Below, piece after piece: positions 26,878-39,236 of a stretch of 64,000 nucleotides of DNA. The stretch comes from Polymyxa betae A26-41 (lineage: Eukaryota; Protista; Endomyxa: Phytomyxea). The DNA is taken from positions 29,667 to 93,666 of the forward strand of contig RBZT01000261.1 in assembly GCA_003693705.1 (NCBI GenBank), given 5' to 3'. The translations under genes and the position numbers were made by a program. Numbering within the stretch: the stretch's first letter is position 1; every line of letters begins with the position of its first letter. The notes beneath the pieces were generated by a model. It worked only from the letters and a program-made list of their open reading frames with translations. It had not been told where the DNA came from and did no database searches.

Positions 26878-28108
26878 ATGGTTCCTGAATACGGCTCGAA
26901 ATACAAGGTCATTGAAGAGATCGGCGAAGGCACATTTGGGCACGTTTATCGGGCTGTGAGAATTAAAGACAACGTGGTTGTCGTCCTAAAGAAGATCCTA
27001 ATCCGCCGGCCCGAACATGGACTGCCTAAAGCTGTCCTGCGAGAAATCCACGCCTATCATCAGGTCCAGCACAACCATGTCCTTAACCTACTAGAAACGT
27101 ACGCAAGACCTTCATCGGTTGTGCTGGTTCTCGAATCAATGCATAGCGACCTGCACCAATTCCTTAGAAAACTGACACGTCCGCTGACCGAAGGCGAAAT
27201 CAAGGTCTGATTGTCTAAACGAGTTTGTTGAATATCATGTGCTTAACTGCTGCTTAGTGCATCATGAGAATGCTGTTATCGGGGCTAGCAGCTGTTCATA
27301 AGTCCCACATTATACATCGAGTAATAACAATACCGAGCTGCTTTTTACCATCTCATGTTTTCGTCCTTTTTCGACGATTCTCGTCAGCTCATGAAGAAAC
27401 AATGGTTTCAAGCTTGTTTTAACACAAAATTTACAGGATATTAAGCCGTCCAACATCCTGTTCGACGATGTTGGCCGGGTCAAGATTGGCGATATGGGCC
27501 TGGCTCGGATTCACATCGGCGATGGCCGTTCGTACTCACACCAGGTTGCGACCCGATTCTATCGGGCGCCCGAACTCCTCTATGGCAGTCGTCAGTACGA
27601 TTACGGCGTCGATCTATGGGCCGTCGGTTGCGTGTTCGGTGAGATGCTGGGCCATGGGCCTGTATTCCAGGGCCAGACCGATATCGACCAGCTGTATCAG
27701 GTGGTCCGCGTTCTGGGAACGCCATCATGTGAAAATTGGCCGGTAGGAAGACATCGATGACAGGTTTGAGAAACTCTGACGTTGCTAATTAGGGTGTCGA
27801 GCAGCTGCCTGACTATGATAAAATTCGATTCTCGCTGGTGCCTCCTACGCCGTTTCGCCAGCTGTTGCCAGATGCTTCTGAACTGGCTTTGGATTTACTG
27901 CAGCAATTCCTCGTATATGACTCAACAAAGCGGATGCCTGCAGCAGAGGTGATTCGAAGCTGGCACTTTATAGACGAAACGTATTTAATTGGAAGGACAG
28001 GCGTTGGAGCATGACTATTTCTTCTCTGAGCCTTATCCAGCAAGACATGAGTATCTATTGCATCTGACAAGGCATTGGAATGATTCATTGCCGTCACCGG
28101 AACGGTAG
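26878..28108 (+). CDS. CDK20: Cyclin-dependent kinase 20 / CCRK (LF2-like)
   Basis: GEGTFG, HR|DIKPSN and DMGLAR motifs. SYSHQVATRFYRAPELLYGSRQYDYGVDLWAVGC, TDIDQL and LPDYDKI.F are characteristic of CDK20. Confidence 0.9.
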
Positions 28109-28580
28109 AAATCATCTCGCTGCCAGCTTGGCATTCTGATACCATTGCAATGACAATTCAGTCTTATTGAGGACTTTTAAAGCAAGATTATGGCCTGCCA
28201 GCTGGACACCGATTTGAACGTCTTCCTCGCGCCAATCAGTACACAACCTACTTATCATCTATCTCATACCGACAACAATTTGGTCATATGCATCACTTGT
28301 TTCATAAAAAGTTCATGCTAAACTTGGAGTCAATGAATTGCTGGCGACATCTCAAACATACAGCGGTCCTGCTGGACAATATTCACACTAAGTGGGCGAT
28401 GAATTGGAAGCATGAAACATGACAAGACGAAGGCTCAATCCATGACATGTTGACAACTCAGCATTTCAGGCATGGTGAGATCTATTCAATGCTTAATAAA
28501 GCCGGGTCTGTCCAAACTTCTGAAACAGCTGGGTCTGACCAATCCTTTATGAGAGTATCTGTCTAATCCTTTAATAAGAG

Positions 28581-28620
28581 CCATGGGGCCATGATGGGGC
28601 GATATGGGGGCAGGGGTCAT
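28581..28620 (+). promoter_or_regulatory. G-tract array (potential G-quadruplex) upstream of the CDC16 start
   Basis: ccatGGGGccatgatGGGGcgatatGGGGGcaGGGGtcat has four G4-G5 runs with loops of 7 nt or less. Function is inferred only. Confidence 0.4.
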
Positions 28621-28689
28621 CGTCGACTGCGTGTGCAGCAACCCGTTTGTCATGTTACATCGTCTGTGAGTTCAAATCAGCATTAGGCG

Positions 28690-30508
28690 ATGTATGATCT
28701 AGAACGGGTCATTTCGACTAGTCAGGCGTTCGGTTGTCGCCATGCTGCACTCTTCTTCGCCGACAAGCTCGCATGCGCTCATCCTGACCAGCCCAACCAT
28801 GCATATCTGCTAGCATCGGTGATGTTTCAACAGCGCGATTTTCGACGGGCCTATGACGTTCTCGTGAAATTTCAGCATTCGATGCCGTTAAAATTCAGAC
28901 TCCTGGCAACACAGTGTCTGGTACCGGGAGCTGTTTATACCAACTTTTAGGTCTTTTATATCATACGGTAGGTAGAACTGAAAGATTGGGATGCTGCCCT
29001 AAACTTGATTGGTGACGATGATGAGTCGATAAGGGAATCCTCTCCACAACCTCATGACATGCTTGAGAACGAACTCAATGTAGGATCTTGCATGCATTTA
29101 GAGAGTGACCTAAACCTTTGTTGAAGCCCTTATCGGCAGTTTGCTATTGTCGTGGAATAATTTTCGAAGCTCTTGAGAATAGACGCAGAGCTGTGCATTG
29201 GTTCAAGCAGGCCTTGCTTCATGATGTAAGATGCTATGATGCTTTTAGGTATTCTAATGGTGCATCGGTTTGCCTCTTTAACAGCATTGATCAGGAAATT
29301 GATTTACGAGAGAATGCTTCCTGTCAAAGAAGAGCGCATCTTTGTAGAGGGACTAGAATTTCCAAAGGAATTCGGCTGGCTGAGAAGCATCTATTTATGT
29401 GAGATGAATCAGGTTGTATGTATGCTCATGTTTGTTTATATCTTACATTCGTTTTCAGTTTGACCACACCAATGAAACACTATCTTTTGATATTTCAGCT
29501 TTATCGAGATTCAATCTTCATGAAAATAATGACGTCGTTGTATGCCTTGCCCAGCAAGCATACAATCGAGATCGGTTAAAGACCGCATATGATATTTGCC
29601 AGAGTAACTACCTGAAGGGTTTTTATTGAATGGCTAAGCATAAAGTAGACATCCTGGAGAATGACGCATTTCATAAGAAAACCCTACCAATTTTTACTGG
29701 TTGTCTTGTTCATCTTCGAAGGAAGAGCGAGCTGTTCTATCTAGCACATCAGCTTGTAGATACATATCCAAGCCAAGCCATATCTTGGTATGCTGTCGGC
29801 TGTTATTATTTTCTCATCCAGAAATACGAACGTAACCCAATTTCAGATTGCATGGCAAACCTAATATTTCCTATAGTTGCTCGGCGCTACTTGTCAAAAT
29901 CATATAGAGCAGATGCAACATTCGCCTCTGCATGGATCGCTTATGGGCACTCATTTGCTGCCCAAAACGAATCTGATCAAGCAATGGGTGCCTATCGAAC
30001 CGCAGAGCGGCTACTCTCTGGATCACATATACCGATTCTATATCTGGGCCTAGAACATTTGAAGACGAATAATTTCAAGAGCGCACATTCGTTTATTGTC
30101 CAGAGCTTGACAATATGCCCTACTGATCCATACGTTTATAACGAACTTGGTGTCGTTCATTATGTAAACGGTGAGTATGTTGACGCCATTCATTGCTTCG
30201 AGAAGGTCATTGAATTGATTGCACCGGATGCCCTTGTTGAATGGGAGGCAGCGTTCTTCAATATTGGTCATTGCCATCGTAAAATTGGCGAGTACGAAAA
30301 GGCACTTGAATACTACGATACAGCAAAGTCGTTGAATCCGGGGTCGCCATCCATCCATTCCGCGATTGGATTCACATACCATCTGCAGCGCAACCAGCAT
30401 GCAGCGATCGATAATTACCACAAGGCACTATCTATTAAACCCGGCGACATGCTAACCAGCGATTTGTTATGTCGAGCACTATCAGAGTTGTTTTCAAATC
30501 AGCAATGA
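28690..30508 (+). CDS. CDC16: Anaphase-promoting complex subunit 6 (Cdc16/Cut9), TPR protein
   Basis: ALFFADK, LFYLAHQLVDTYP..AISWYAVGCYY, AWIAYGHSFAAQNESDQAMGAY and DPYVYNELGV. Confidence 0.95.
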
Positions 30509-30721
30509 TTGCATAAATGTAACAAGAACCTAAAATCTCCAGCGTAAAATCAATGTATATGTACCGATTTCGAAGGCAGACTTTTCATTCTATCAAGTTT
30601 GGAGCCTGTAGGTCATTCTCACTTTATCATCAAGATATGGCAGGAAGCAACAGGTATTCTTTGCCGTTTTACCTACTACATCTAGTTTCTAAAGTGTTTT
30701 TATTACGAATTGGACATTGAC

Positions 30722-31749
30722 TTAGTTAACTTCGAGACATTATTGTCAACAAGATCATCAATTTTTTGAATCAATTTACTGCCGACTTGTTTGGCATACT
30801 GATAACAGTTAGAGAAGCACCGGTGTTAAAAAGTTAGTACTTACCGCAAGCGAATCAACGAGATCTGAAGGAGTTAAACTTCCCGTCCCTAAATGTGGTT
30901 AGAATTGATATCAACTTGTTGCTCTACTAATTGTTTACCAAGTTTAACGATGCCGCAAATATCGCCTTGAACATTGACAGCGACTGCCACCTGAGCAGAC
31001 ATACAAAGTTCTTCTTGTACTGTAGCATCGGCTACGAAACATCTGCCGATCTGCCGAAATTCAAAAGTGGAGCTTGTATCAAAGCAGAAAATGACCTTCG
31101 ACAAGCAGGTACAGATTGGAGCAGAATCAGTGAGCAGTCTTGTGGAGTCCAGAGGATCCGGTGACACTTCAAAATCGATATCATCGGTCTCATCTTGGGC
31201 ACCGATCAAATGAATAGTTGGCACCTGATGAAAATCAGCATTCTCGAAAACCAAACGAAATTACTGCACCTGCGCTGTCTTTAACGATGCTCGCACACCG
31301 ATAGAGATTGCATCTAGAGCGCTACCGTCCGTATCAAGCACTTCGCAATCGATATAGACCGTCCAACAAAGACGTCCTGGTACAATACACAGTGACTCCA
31401 GGCTGATACTTTGATTGTAAAAACGCTGAATTGCGCCGGTGAGCTCAGTGTTAGGATCCAGGGCGCCATGGCCACGGAATCGATCCGAAGCAATTGCTGA
31501 GCATTCAACGCTGCAGATGATGCTACCCTGGTTGGGAGTATCATGACCAGGTTGATTGACCTCAAGTTTGACGCCGACGACGACATGCGTCTGATCTAAA
31601 AAGACCCGAGCTGAGCCATGAGCGGACGGAACGACCTCTGTTTCGAGTTGAAGCGGTCTATAATCCAGTCGTGATCTGCCATCCGCTCTGCAATCGCCTT
31701 CTACGCCGCTAACGAGGAATTCTTTCTCTGACCTCGATAACGCGAACAT
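30722..31749 (-). CDS. EXOSC7: Exosome complex component RRP42
   Basis: LSRSEKEFL..GV..DCRADGRSRLDYRP, GSARV, LCIVPGRLCWTVYID and VADATVQEE; RNase PH fold. Confidence 0.92.
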
Positions 31750-31807
31750 TTCCCAGAAATCGATTTTGGATGGCAAATGTCTGCGCAGCGCAAATTGTAC
31801 ATTTTTT

Positions 31808-33174
31808 CTATCTCTTTATTCGAAACTCGGCTAGATCAGATTCTGTTACAAAAAATGTGATCTCTCCCTTGGACCAATCATCTGCTCGTTTGTAGTTGTT
31901 GACGACGTCTAAATCAAGTTCCCATACAACCAAATCGAAAAATTCATTGGATTTTCCGCCATCAATGATCTCATTGAGAACTTGCCTGGAGTTTCGATCG
32001 GCATGTGGTGCATTGCTTTTGCTTAAGGCAAACTGAAATGAGAGCTGCCATTGCATTTCGGTGGTCGGTGTTCGAAAATTGGCACACGCATCAGGCCCAT
32101 ACGGTAGTAATAAGGAGAAATCGTCCGATCTGAGATCTGCACATACTAATCTGTCTTCATGCCAGACCAGTCTTTCTTGGCGAATACATGCACCATTCTC
32201 GATTTCGTTTTCGCACGATACCAATTGAACTTGGACGAAAACGCAGTCTGATGCGCCTTTTTCAAATGTAAGTTTACCTCGAATAACATCGGCCACTTTA
32301 AATTGCTTTTGGGTTAATAGGAGGACAACGAACGGCTGATCATTGAAATCTATTCGAAATTCTTCGGGCGACATAAGCAAGACGTTGTCCACAACGTCAT
32401 CGGTGTCGTCGTAATATGGATCGTCTACATGCCAGTCTTTGTCTGGCTGTTTCAATCCAAGACGATCGATCATGGCGCGTAGCTTCCCTTCAAGCTCAGC
32501 TAACCTGCCTTCCATCATGCTATCTGATTCCGATGGCGGTGGTGGAATATATACAGGGACCTCCGCTTGCTCCGGCTCTGCATCAAACACAGTCATGTCT
32601 GGCTAATCAAAGCTCAATAAATAACAAGCAGAAAATAAATCCCTTACGATCCGCATCCAATCCGCAGAATAAGGAGACGATGGAATATCCAGATCGAAAA
32701 CGCCAGGCGATGTACGAACGGTAATGGGGATTCGGAATCGCCGAAACCTTGCCTTTTCTTCACGTTCAATCCTGATCTCGGCAAAATAAGCGCATCGTAG
32801 CATTTTGCCTCGATGAAAAGAAGGTAACAAATTAGCGCTCGGAAGTCGTGATTCCCAATTAAACGAGCAATTTATAATAGTGCTGACAGGACTGGCCTGT
32901 AGTATAATCTATGATGAGATTGTAAATAACAATGATGATGGACAAAACAACAACAACTAACAACTCTCTCTTCTTGTTTGATGAGGGCGGTTCCCACAAG
33001 GCGAACCGAAATGCAGAGATCTGGCAGAGGTGTATTGGGTCGGGCTTGGATCATCCTTTGCAGTGGCGACAGGTCGAGCTCGTCGCGTGTTGGCGCATGT
33101 GAAAGCTGGACCCTGCCGGTGATGAGCTGTCCAGGCTGGACAATGGATGGTGAGATGGACAGCGTGATTTCCAT
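31808..33174 (-). CDS. Rgp1-like (arrestin-fold) protein
   Basis: N-terminal PGQLITGRV, LPSFHRGKMLRCAY, and C-terminal NFRT...QWQLSFQF...WEL resemble Rgp1. Confidence 0.6.
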
Positions 33175-33395
33175 CTGAGCCCCTCTGTCTCTCTCTTAAC
33201 CTGTCTCACTATTTGATAGACCCCCACAGCCCACGATCTCAGTTTCGCCGCTTTTATACGCTCACGTTCATCACAGACGCAAAACTGTTTTGTTACAACC
33301 TATTAGCACTCCTACGTGAGTTACTGGTGTATGTATGTATGTACCTGACACTGTTTTTATTTGATAGGTTCATATCGTGACTAATTTACGCGAGT

Positions 33396-34248
33396 TCAGT
33401 AAGTCTGCCGCGTAAGAATTTCTAAGGTGATCTCATCTGTCCATCGCTTCACTTCTTTGACAGAGGAAGCCGAAAGCCATGTCCTATTCTTGCCGGAATT
33501 CACGACACAAAACGTGTTCAACATACCATCCATTTTGCCATCTTCAGTCGTCTTAATTGATGCATTCATTAAAGGAATGGCGCCTTGGCAGTGCTTGTTC
33601 ATTGCCATTGCAAACATCTTTCCTGAATGCAGAGCGATCCGTTGAAATGCTCGACAGCATAGCTCATCTTCAAAAGTATATATGCAGTTTTTCCCGACCT
33701 GAACTGAAATAAGCAAATGCGCAGTTAGTATGGAGAAAAGAGACCAACAGCGAAGTAATGTCGACTCCATTTAAACTTGTTCTTCTTGTACAGAAAGCCT
33801 TGTTTAGAAAATGGAAATTCGGGTAGAGGGGTAATCATTGCTCTTATAGCCTCTATCCACTGACTTTTACCGTCAACAGAGCTCGCTTGGCAAACATATG
33901 TCCTTTGTAGAGTGACAATATCGAACACGGTTCCTGCATTCTCGCTATTCCCGGAACCTGTGGAATCGCCGACAGCCAGGGCGTCTGATAGATCTATCAT
34001 CCCCAACATTGAGCGCTTGATTTCGGTTTTCGATGTCTCGGGACCGATCTCTTGCGAAAAATAGCACAGATACCGGTCATTACGAAGTATGAAATACCTT
34101 ACTAGCAATCAGTATCGACAGGAAATCCTATTTCTAACAGCAGACCTTCTTTTCCATGTTGAAACGAAACCGCCTCTTTTATTAAGCCATCCAGAGCAGA
34201 GGACATAAACCATAGACGACGACTCCTTGGCCAGAGCCTGATTTGTCA
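33396..34248 (-). CDS. Tandem PH-domain protein
   Basis: PH1: SGWLNKRGGFVSTWKR|RYFIL...RTYVCQA...WIEAI. PH2: KQGFLYKK..KWSRHYFA...WTDEI. Confidence 0.9.
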
Positions 34249-34476
34249 TCGTGGCGAAATCGACAGCTTCAGCAGCGATGGTAGTCTAATTGAGCGACGC
34301 GGCCCGACACTATTCGTTGTCCACATTACAGGCCAGTTGAGCGCCCCTTTACAGAGCCCAGTTACCTGACTGGTGACGCGGAATCTTAAAGGGGGCCCTG
34401 CTCTGTTCAATAAAGGGATCCTCTCTACTCACTCTACTATAGGTCGCCTCTCTCGTCATTCATCTATCTTTATTAT

Positions 34477-35673
34477 CTAACCATCGTTTGCATTATCATT
34501 GCCGCCGGTCGATTTCATGGCCTCGGTGGTGCCCGCCATCACGGTCCCGGGAATACTGTCCCATTCCTGGCCTGGATTTATAGCGTGAGACTTGTCTTTG
34601 ATGATGGTTTCGGGCCTGATACGTATTTCCTCTCCACCCTCTTCTATATCTGCGCCTTTTATCCTGAACGAGCTATCTAAATCGGTTGATAACGCTTTTT
34701 TGATTAGGCCTTCCAGCAGTGAATCGTCAATCACGATGTTTTTCAATAATGTTGTTGATTCAGTAAACGACCGTTTCAGCAGCTCTGATTCAACGGATTT
34801 GATGAATACTAATGCAAATCGATGGATAAGCTCATGGCCCATCCCAGTGAGAAATGCAACATCATACAATCGTACTGTCTGTCGAACTGGAAGATTATAA
34901 GCGAACATTGTTAAAAACCATGGGGTTCCATAACAGAACGGTTCGATATTCTCTTGACCAAAATGTGCAGTTAAATTCGGCATCGTCGAAGATATTGATT
35001 GCCCCAATCGGTTCAGATTTTCAGTTAAGGCCCTGAGCCCATCGGCAAACATTGTCCTCATACCTAAGTCTTCCATGAACGCCACGAGAATCCAAAATGC
35101 GTCCTCATCGTCGTCGACGACGAACAAAATAACAGCTACGACCATGTTCATACCCTGGACATAACCAATTTCCGAACCCAGGCGAGAAGAGATAGCATAT
35201 AGCAGCCTTTTCAATCGTTGTCGCCCTTGACCTCCTTCAACAAAGTAAGCATGATTTGAAAAAGTTCTCGGGGCGTCAATTTCCACTTGAGATCGAGTTA
35301 ACTGATCAGTACTCTCGACATAATCGTTAAATGCTTTCGTTGATCCTTGTTTCAGACATAAAGCGCCTGACGACGATCTCCAGACTTCTTGTCGAACCCA
35401 GCATGGAATTCTGGTAATAGGCCATTCTGAATTTCTGGTGGCTCGTGTTTGCTTTATCATTTCATCACTACTTATGAATTGCTGCCATTTTGCTGCTAAG
35501 GCCACATCATCTCCGGTTTCTTTCGATAGGTCAGAGAGCCGTTTGTTATTGCTTTTGCAAACGAATCCGTAATCGTCCAAGACTATTGGCGCCAACAGTT
35601 GCGTGTCGAGGATCGGTTTTTCAACGTTTCTGCTCGTAGTCTCGACCGATGCTTTACAGTGACAAGCCCCCAT
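34477..35673 (-). CDS. Rab-GAP TBC domain protein, intronless, with an N-terminal acylation motif
   Basis: Arg finger QVEIDAPRT, Gln finger YVQGMN, EDAFW and PWFLTMF. N-terminus is MGACHC. Confidence 0.92.
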   Translation of the reverse strand: MGACHCKASVETTSRNVEKPILDTQLLAPIVLDDYGFVCKSNNKRLSDLSKETGDDVALAAKWQQFISSDEMIKQTRATRNSEWPITRIPCWVRQEVWRSSSGALCLKQGSTKAFNDYVESTDQLTRSQVEIDAPRTFSNHAYFVEGGQGRQRLKRLLYAISSRLGSEIGYVQGMNMVVAVILFVVDDDEDAFWILVAFMEDLGMRTMFADGLRALTENLNRLGQSISSTMPNLTAHFGQENIEPFCYGTPWFLTMFAYNLPVRQTVRLYDVAFLTGMGHELIHRFALVFIKSVESELLKRSFTESTTLLKNIVIDDSLLEGLIKKALSTDLDSSFRIKGADIEEGGEEIRIRPETIIKDKSHAINPGQEWDSIPGTVMAGTTEAMKSTGGNDNANDG

Positions 35674-35956
35674 AGAAATGGGGTAGGTACGATCTGGTAC
35701 CGATCTGCCTTTTCATTATAATTTTGATAAAAATATGGCTAAACATGGTGCCATTATATGCTGATTCCTTACAAATCTATGGCTGGCGACCATCAGGTCC
35801 AATCAGATCTTGCTGATGTCGAAGTAAGAATCAGCTCGTGTAATATTGGTTAAGGCCGATTCAAACGAAATCTGGCTGGGAACGAGAATCGGCAGTTCGA
35901 CGAACACATGACGTTCACGAACTTGAGTCTGAAGATCCATAGATATAAAGGATGTA

Positions 35957-36707
35957 TTATCGATCAACCGGAGCGATGCTGAGATTAGCAATATCAAGCT
36001 CGGGATCATCGCCGTCTTTGGATGTGACACCATCATTGCCATCTGACTCCTCAACATGTGATTCTTCGTCATTGCTGAGGAACTCCTCGTCGTCCGACTC
36101 TTCAGCATCGTTGGCAATGCCGACCGGATCTTGGCGAGATTTTGTATATCCAGGACGAATATGTCCAACCGGGTCGCACATCTGAAGGACTTCTTCCAAT
36201 GTGAAAACACCATTCTCGATGGCTCTCATCATCGTTCGTCGATTACGCTCTTTGAATCCAGCCAAAGCTCTCTCGATCTGTTCAGTACTACGAGGGACAG
36301 AGTCCGATTCTTTCAGTGGGTTCTTTTCGTCAAAATTCACCTTGCATTTTGCACAGCAGTCCAGCTTGACCGAGCATGGTTCACAAATAACTTGATAGGC
36401 TGTGACGATAGAATGATTACCACATTCATCACAACGACGAGCATGTTTGCTGGGTTTGTACTTCCTGAAAGCTTTACGCCATTCTGAAGAACAGGTCAGT
36501 GTTCGAATAAATTCATGGTACAGAAATGTATCTACCAAGGATGTCAAAACAACGTGCACAAACACGTCGATGAGGAATCTTAGCAATGGCTCTGGTTTTA
36601 GCGCTGTTCGGATTATGTCGAAATGCAAATTTATTTAAATGTGCAGGCCCATGACCGGTTGGATTTCGTGAACAACGCCGACCTGTACGGGCGGTTCGAG
36701 TCGTCAT
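35957..36707 (-). CDS. C9orf85/DUF2039-like Cys-rich protein with an acidic tail
   Basis: HLNKFAFRHN...VCARCFDIL|EWRKAFRKYKP...CDEC...AYQVICEPC...CAKC. Confidence 0.85.
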
Positions 36708-37219
36708 TTCCACGCCTGATCTGGGAACGCTGCTCGTTGAACCCGAGAAGGAGACTCCGTCACGGACTCCATTTTACTCGCATTACTTCTTTCAATTTTC
36801 TGTCAAATTCAAAAAGTGCGCGTTCTTGACCGTTTTTTACGCAATCAGAACGTCGCTGTCGCAAATTTTCATGTTTATGATACTCATTGATCATATTCTG
36901 ACAGTCAACTCTATTCGAGACAAAGTGACTGAATAGTTATACTCATACTTCTATGATGTATTTATTAGCCACATGTTGACGAAGATATTTAAACTCTATA
37001 TGTTCTTGAGAAGATTCCTTACAGTTGAACTCCTTCTACATAGTACCTCTGCAATCTTTAACCCTCAGCCACCGATGACCGTTTCGGATATGCTTCCATA
37101 GTCTGATCATGGTAATGAAGATATCTTTCCAGTGCGGCGCCATCATCAAATATCTAGCGCCATCATGATTTCAATAGATATCACAGGACTGAATCCATCA
37201 ACCAGATTCAAAGTTAATA

Positions 37220-39236
37220 ATGTTGCTCTTCAGTCACATCTCTTTGCTTACATGTGTATTAATTGCTTGTGTCCATGCTGGTATTAATGATGGAAGATGT
37301 GGACCTAATTTTGAAAGCTATGGCTGTCCCCGAGACTTCTGGTAAGTCATACTGAACTCATATATCGAACACTATCGCTGATCGACCTCTCACAGCTGCT
37401 CCAAATTTCAGTATTGTGGCAATACACCAAACCATTGCAATGATCGTCTAAGTCCATTCACACGATCAGATGGACGATGTGGTCCTCATTATGATAAGGC
37501 ACCCTGCCCTATTGGTAGCTGTTGCTCCAAATCAGGTAATATCATATCACTCATTCATTCATTCTTCATCTTACGATTACTGGCAGGACAATGTGGAACT
37601 GGGATTCTGTTCTGTAATTCACCCAATAATGGTACTAATGGCCCTTCCTCTTCATTCCAGCGTCTATTATCATCAGTAACTTCAACATCCATAACTCCAC
37701 AGACATCTACCCCATATATCCGGTCAGATTCAAGATGTGGTGCTCCATTCGGTAATGCAGTCTGTCGTACTGGCCATTGCTGCTCTACATTCAGTAAGGG
37801 GAATCATCAATCGAATGGAATCTGTCATGAGTTTATTACTGATAGATTATTGTGGATCCGGTCCTGATTACTGTTCAACTGCAGCACCTGTCCCTGCATC
37901 TTCACCAGTACCATCATCAGCATCGTCATTATCATCACCAGCACCATCACCATCACAGTTACCATCATCAGCATCGTCATTATCATCACCAGCACCATCA
38001 CCATCACAGTTATCATCGTTAGCACCATCACCTTCAGCTCCCACTGCGATTCGATGTGGAGCACCATATGGTGATGCTGTATGTCCTCAAGGTCAATGCT
38101 GCTCGAAATGGAGTATGGAATATATCGACGCTGCCCTAATATATCATTTATATGTTTATGATAGATTATTGTGGATCTGGGCCTGATTATTGCCCTGCAC
38201 CAACACCCGCACCATCATCACCTCCGCAAACACAACCTCCGACAATTCGTTCTGATAATCGATGTGGTGCATTATTTGGTAATGCAGGATGTCCTCAAGG
38301 TCAATGTTGTTCACAATATAGTATGGGATTATATGAATATCATCCTAATATACTTTAATCATTAATTCTTTATAGATTACTGTGGTTCTGGACCTGATTA
38401 CTGCTTTACAAGCTCATTAACTACGCTTCTACCGAAATCACTCTATGATTCATTGGTGACTAAAGACCCGTCATGTGAAGGCCCACCGAAATACACCTAT
38501 GAAAATTTCCTTCGAGCTGCGAGTGCTTTTCCGACATTCGCTAACCAAGGATCTCTTGAAGCTCAAAAACGTGATATAGTCGGATTTCTGTCTCACGTGT
38601 TGCATGAATCGGGTGATCTCTGTTATATCAATGAAATAGCACACAGCGTAAGTATCATCCTCCAGAAAGCACAGTATGTCCACACTCTGATATTCAGCTA
38701 CTAGACACCAGCAACATATTGTGCTCCATCAGATCGATATCCATGTTATCCAGGAGCTAATTATCATGGTCGTGGACCATTCCAGCTAACATGGGTATCA
38801 ATAGATTTTCTTTTGGAGATGTTTCCTGCTCATAATGCTGACATATTCTTGTTTATCATAGAATTTCAATTACATCAAATTCGGTCAGACATTAACGCCA
38901 GATTTAGCTCTAGCTATATATCAAACACCAGATGCATTATCTAATGATGGCGAGTTACTATTTCGTACTGCCTTTTGGTATTATATGTTAGCACAACCAA
39001 CTGGCAGCATGCATGACAATATGATCGCAAATCCGCCCAATTTCGCTCAGACTATCAGAAACATCAATGGTTGGCATTGGTTTGTTCAGTTCCATCGCTC
39101 GATTGTGAATCTTGGTACAGGTCCAGTGGAATGCAACGGAGGCAATCCTGCTCAGGTCAACAGTCGTGTCAAGAGATACCAGGCGTTATGTAACCTGTTT
39201 GGAATCGATCCAGGAACAACTTCGCTTTATTGCTGA
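37220..39236 (+). CDS. Secreted GH19 chitinase with five N-terminal CBM18 (hevein-type) modules; paralog 1
   Basis: Signal peptide, then RCG...CP...CCS...YCG...C modules and S/P linkers. GH19 motifs: [61 protein letters not shown]. Confidence 0.92.
37910..38011 (+). repeat. 51-bp coding tandem duplication ([17 protein letters not shown] x2)
   Basis: Direct repeat visible in the chitinase linker. Confidence 0.9.

Noticed and set aside
28503-28580. Degenerate direct repeats (tctg.c.aa.c.t)
   Set aside because: Only three poor copies and no supportable function.
37825-38067. Met/Val-rich minus-strand ORF
   Set aside because: Antisense shadow of the chitinase Ser/Pro linker.
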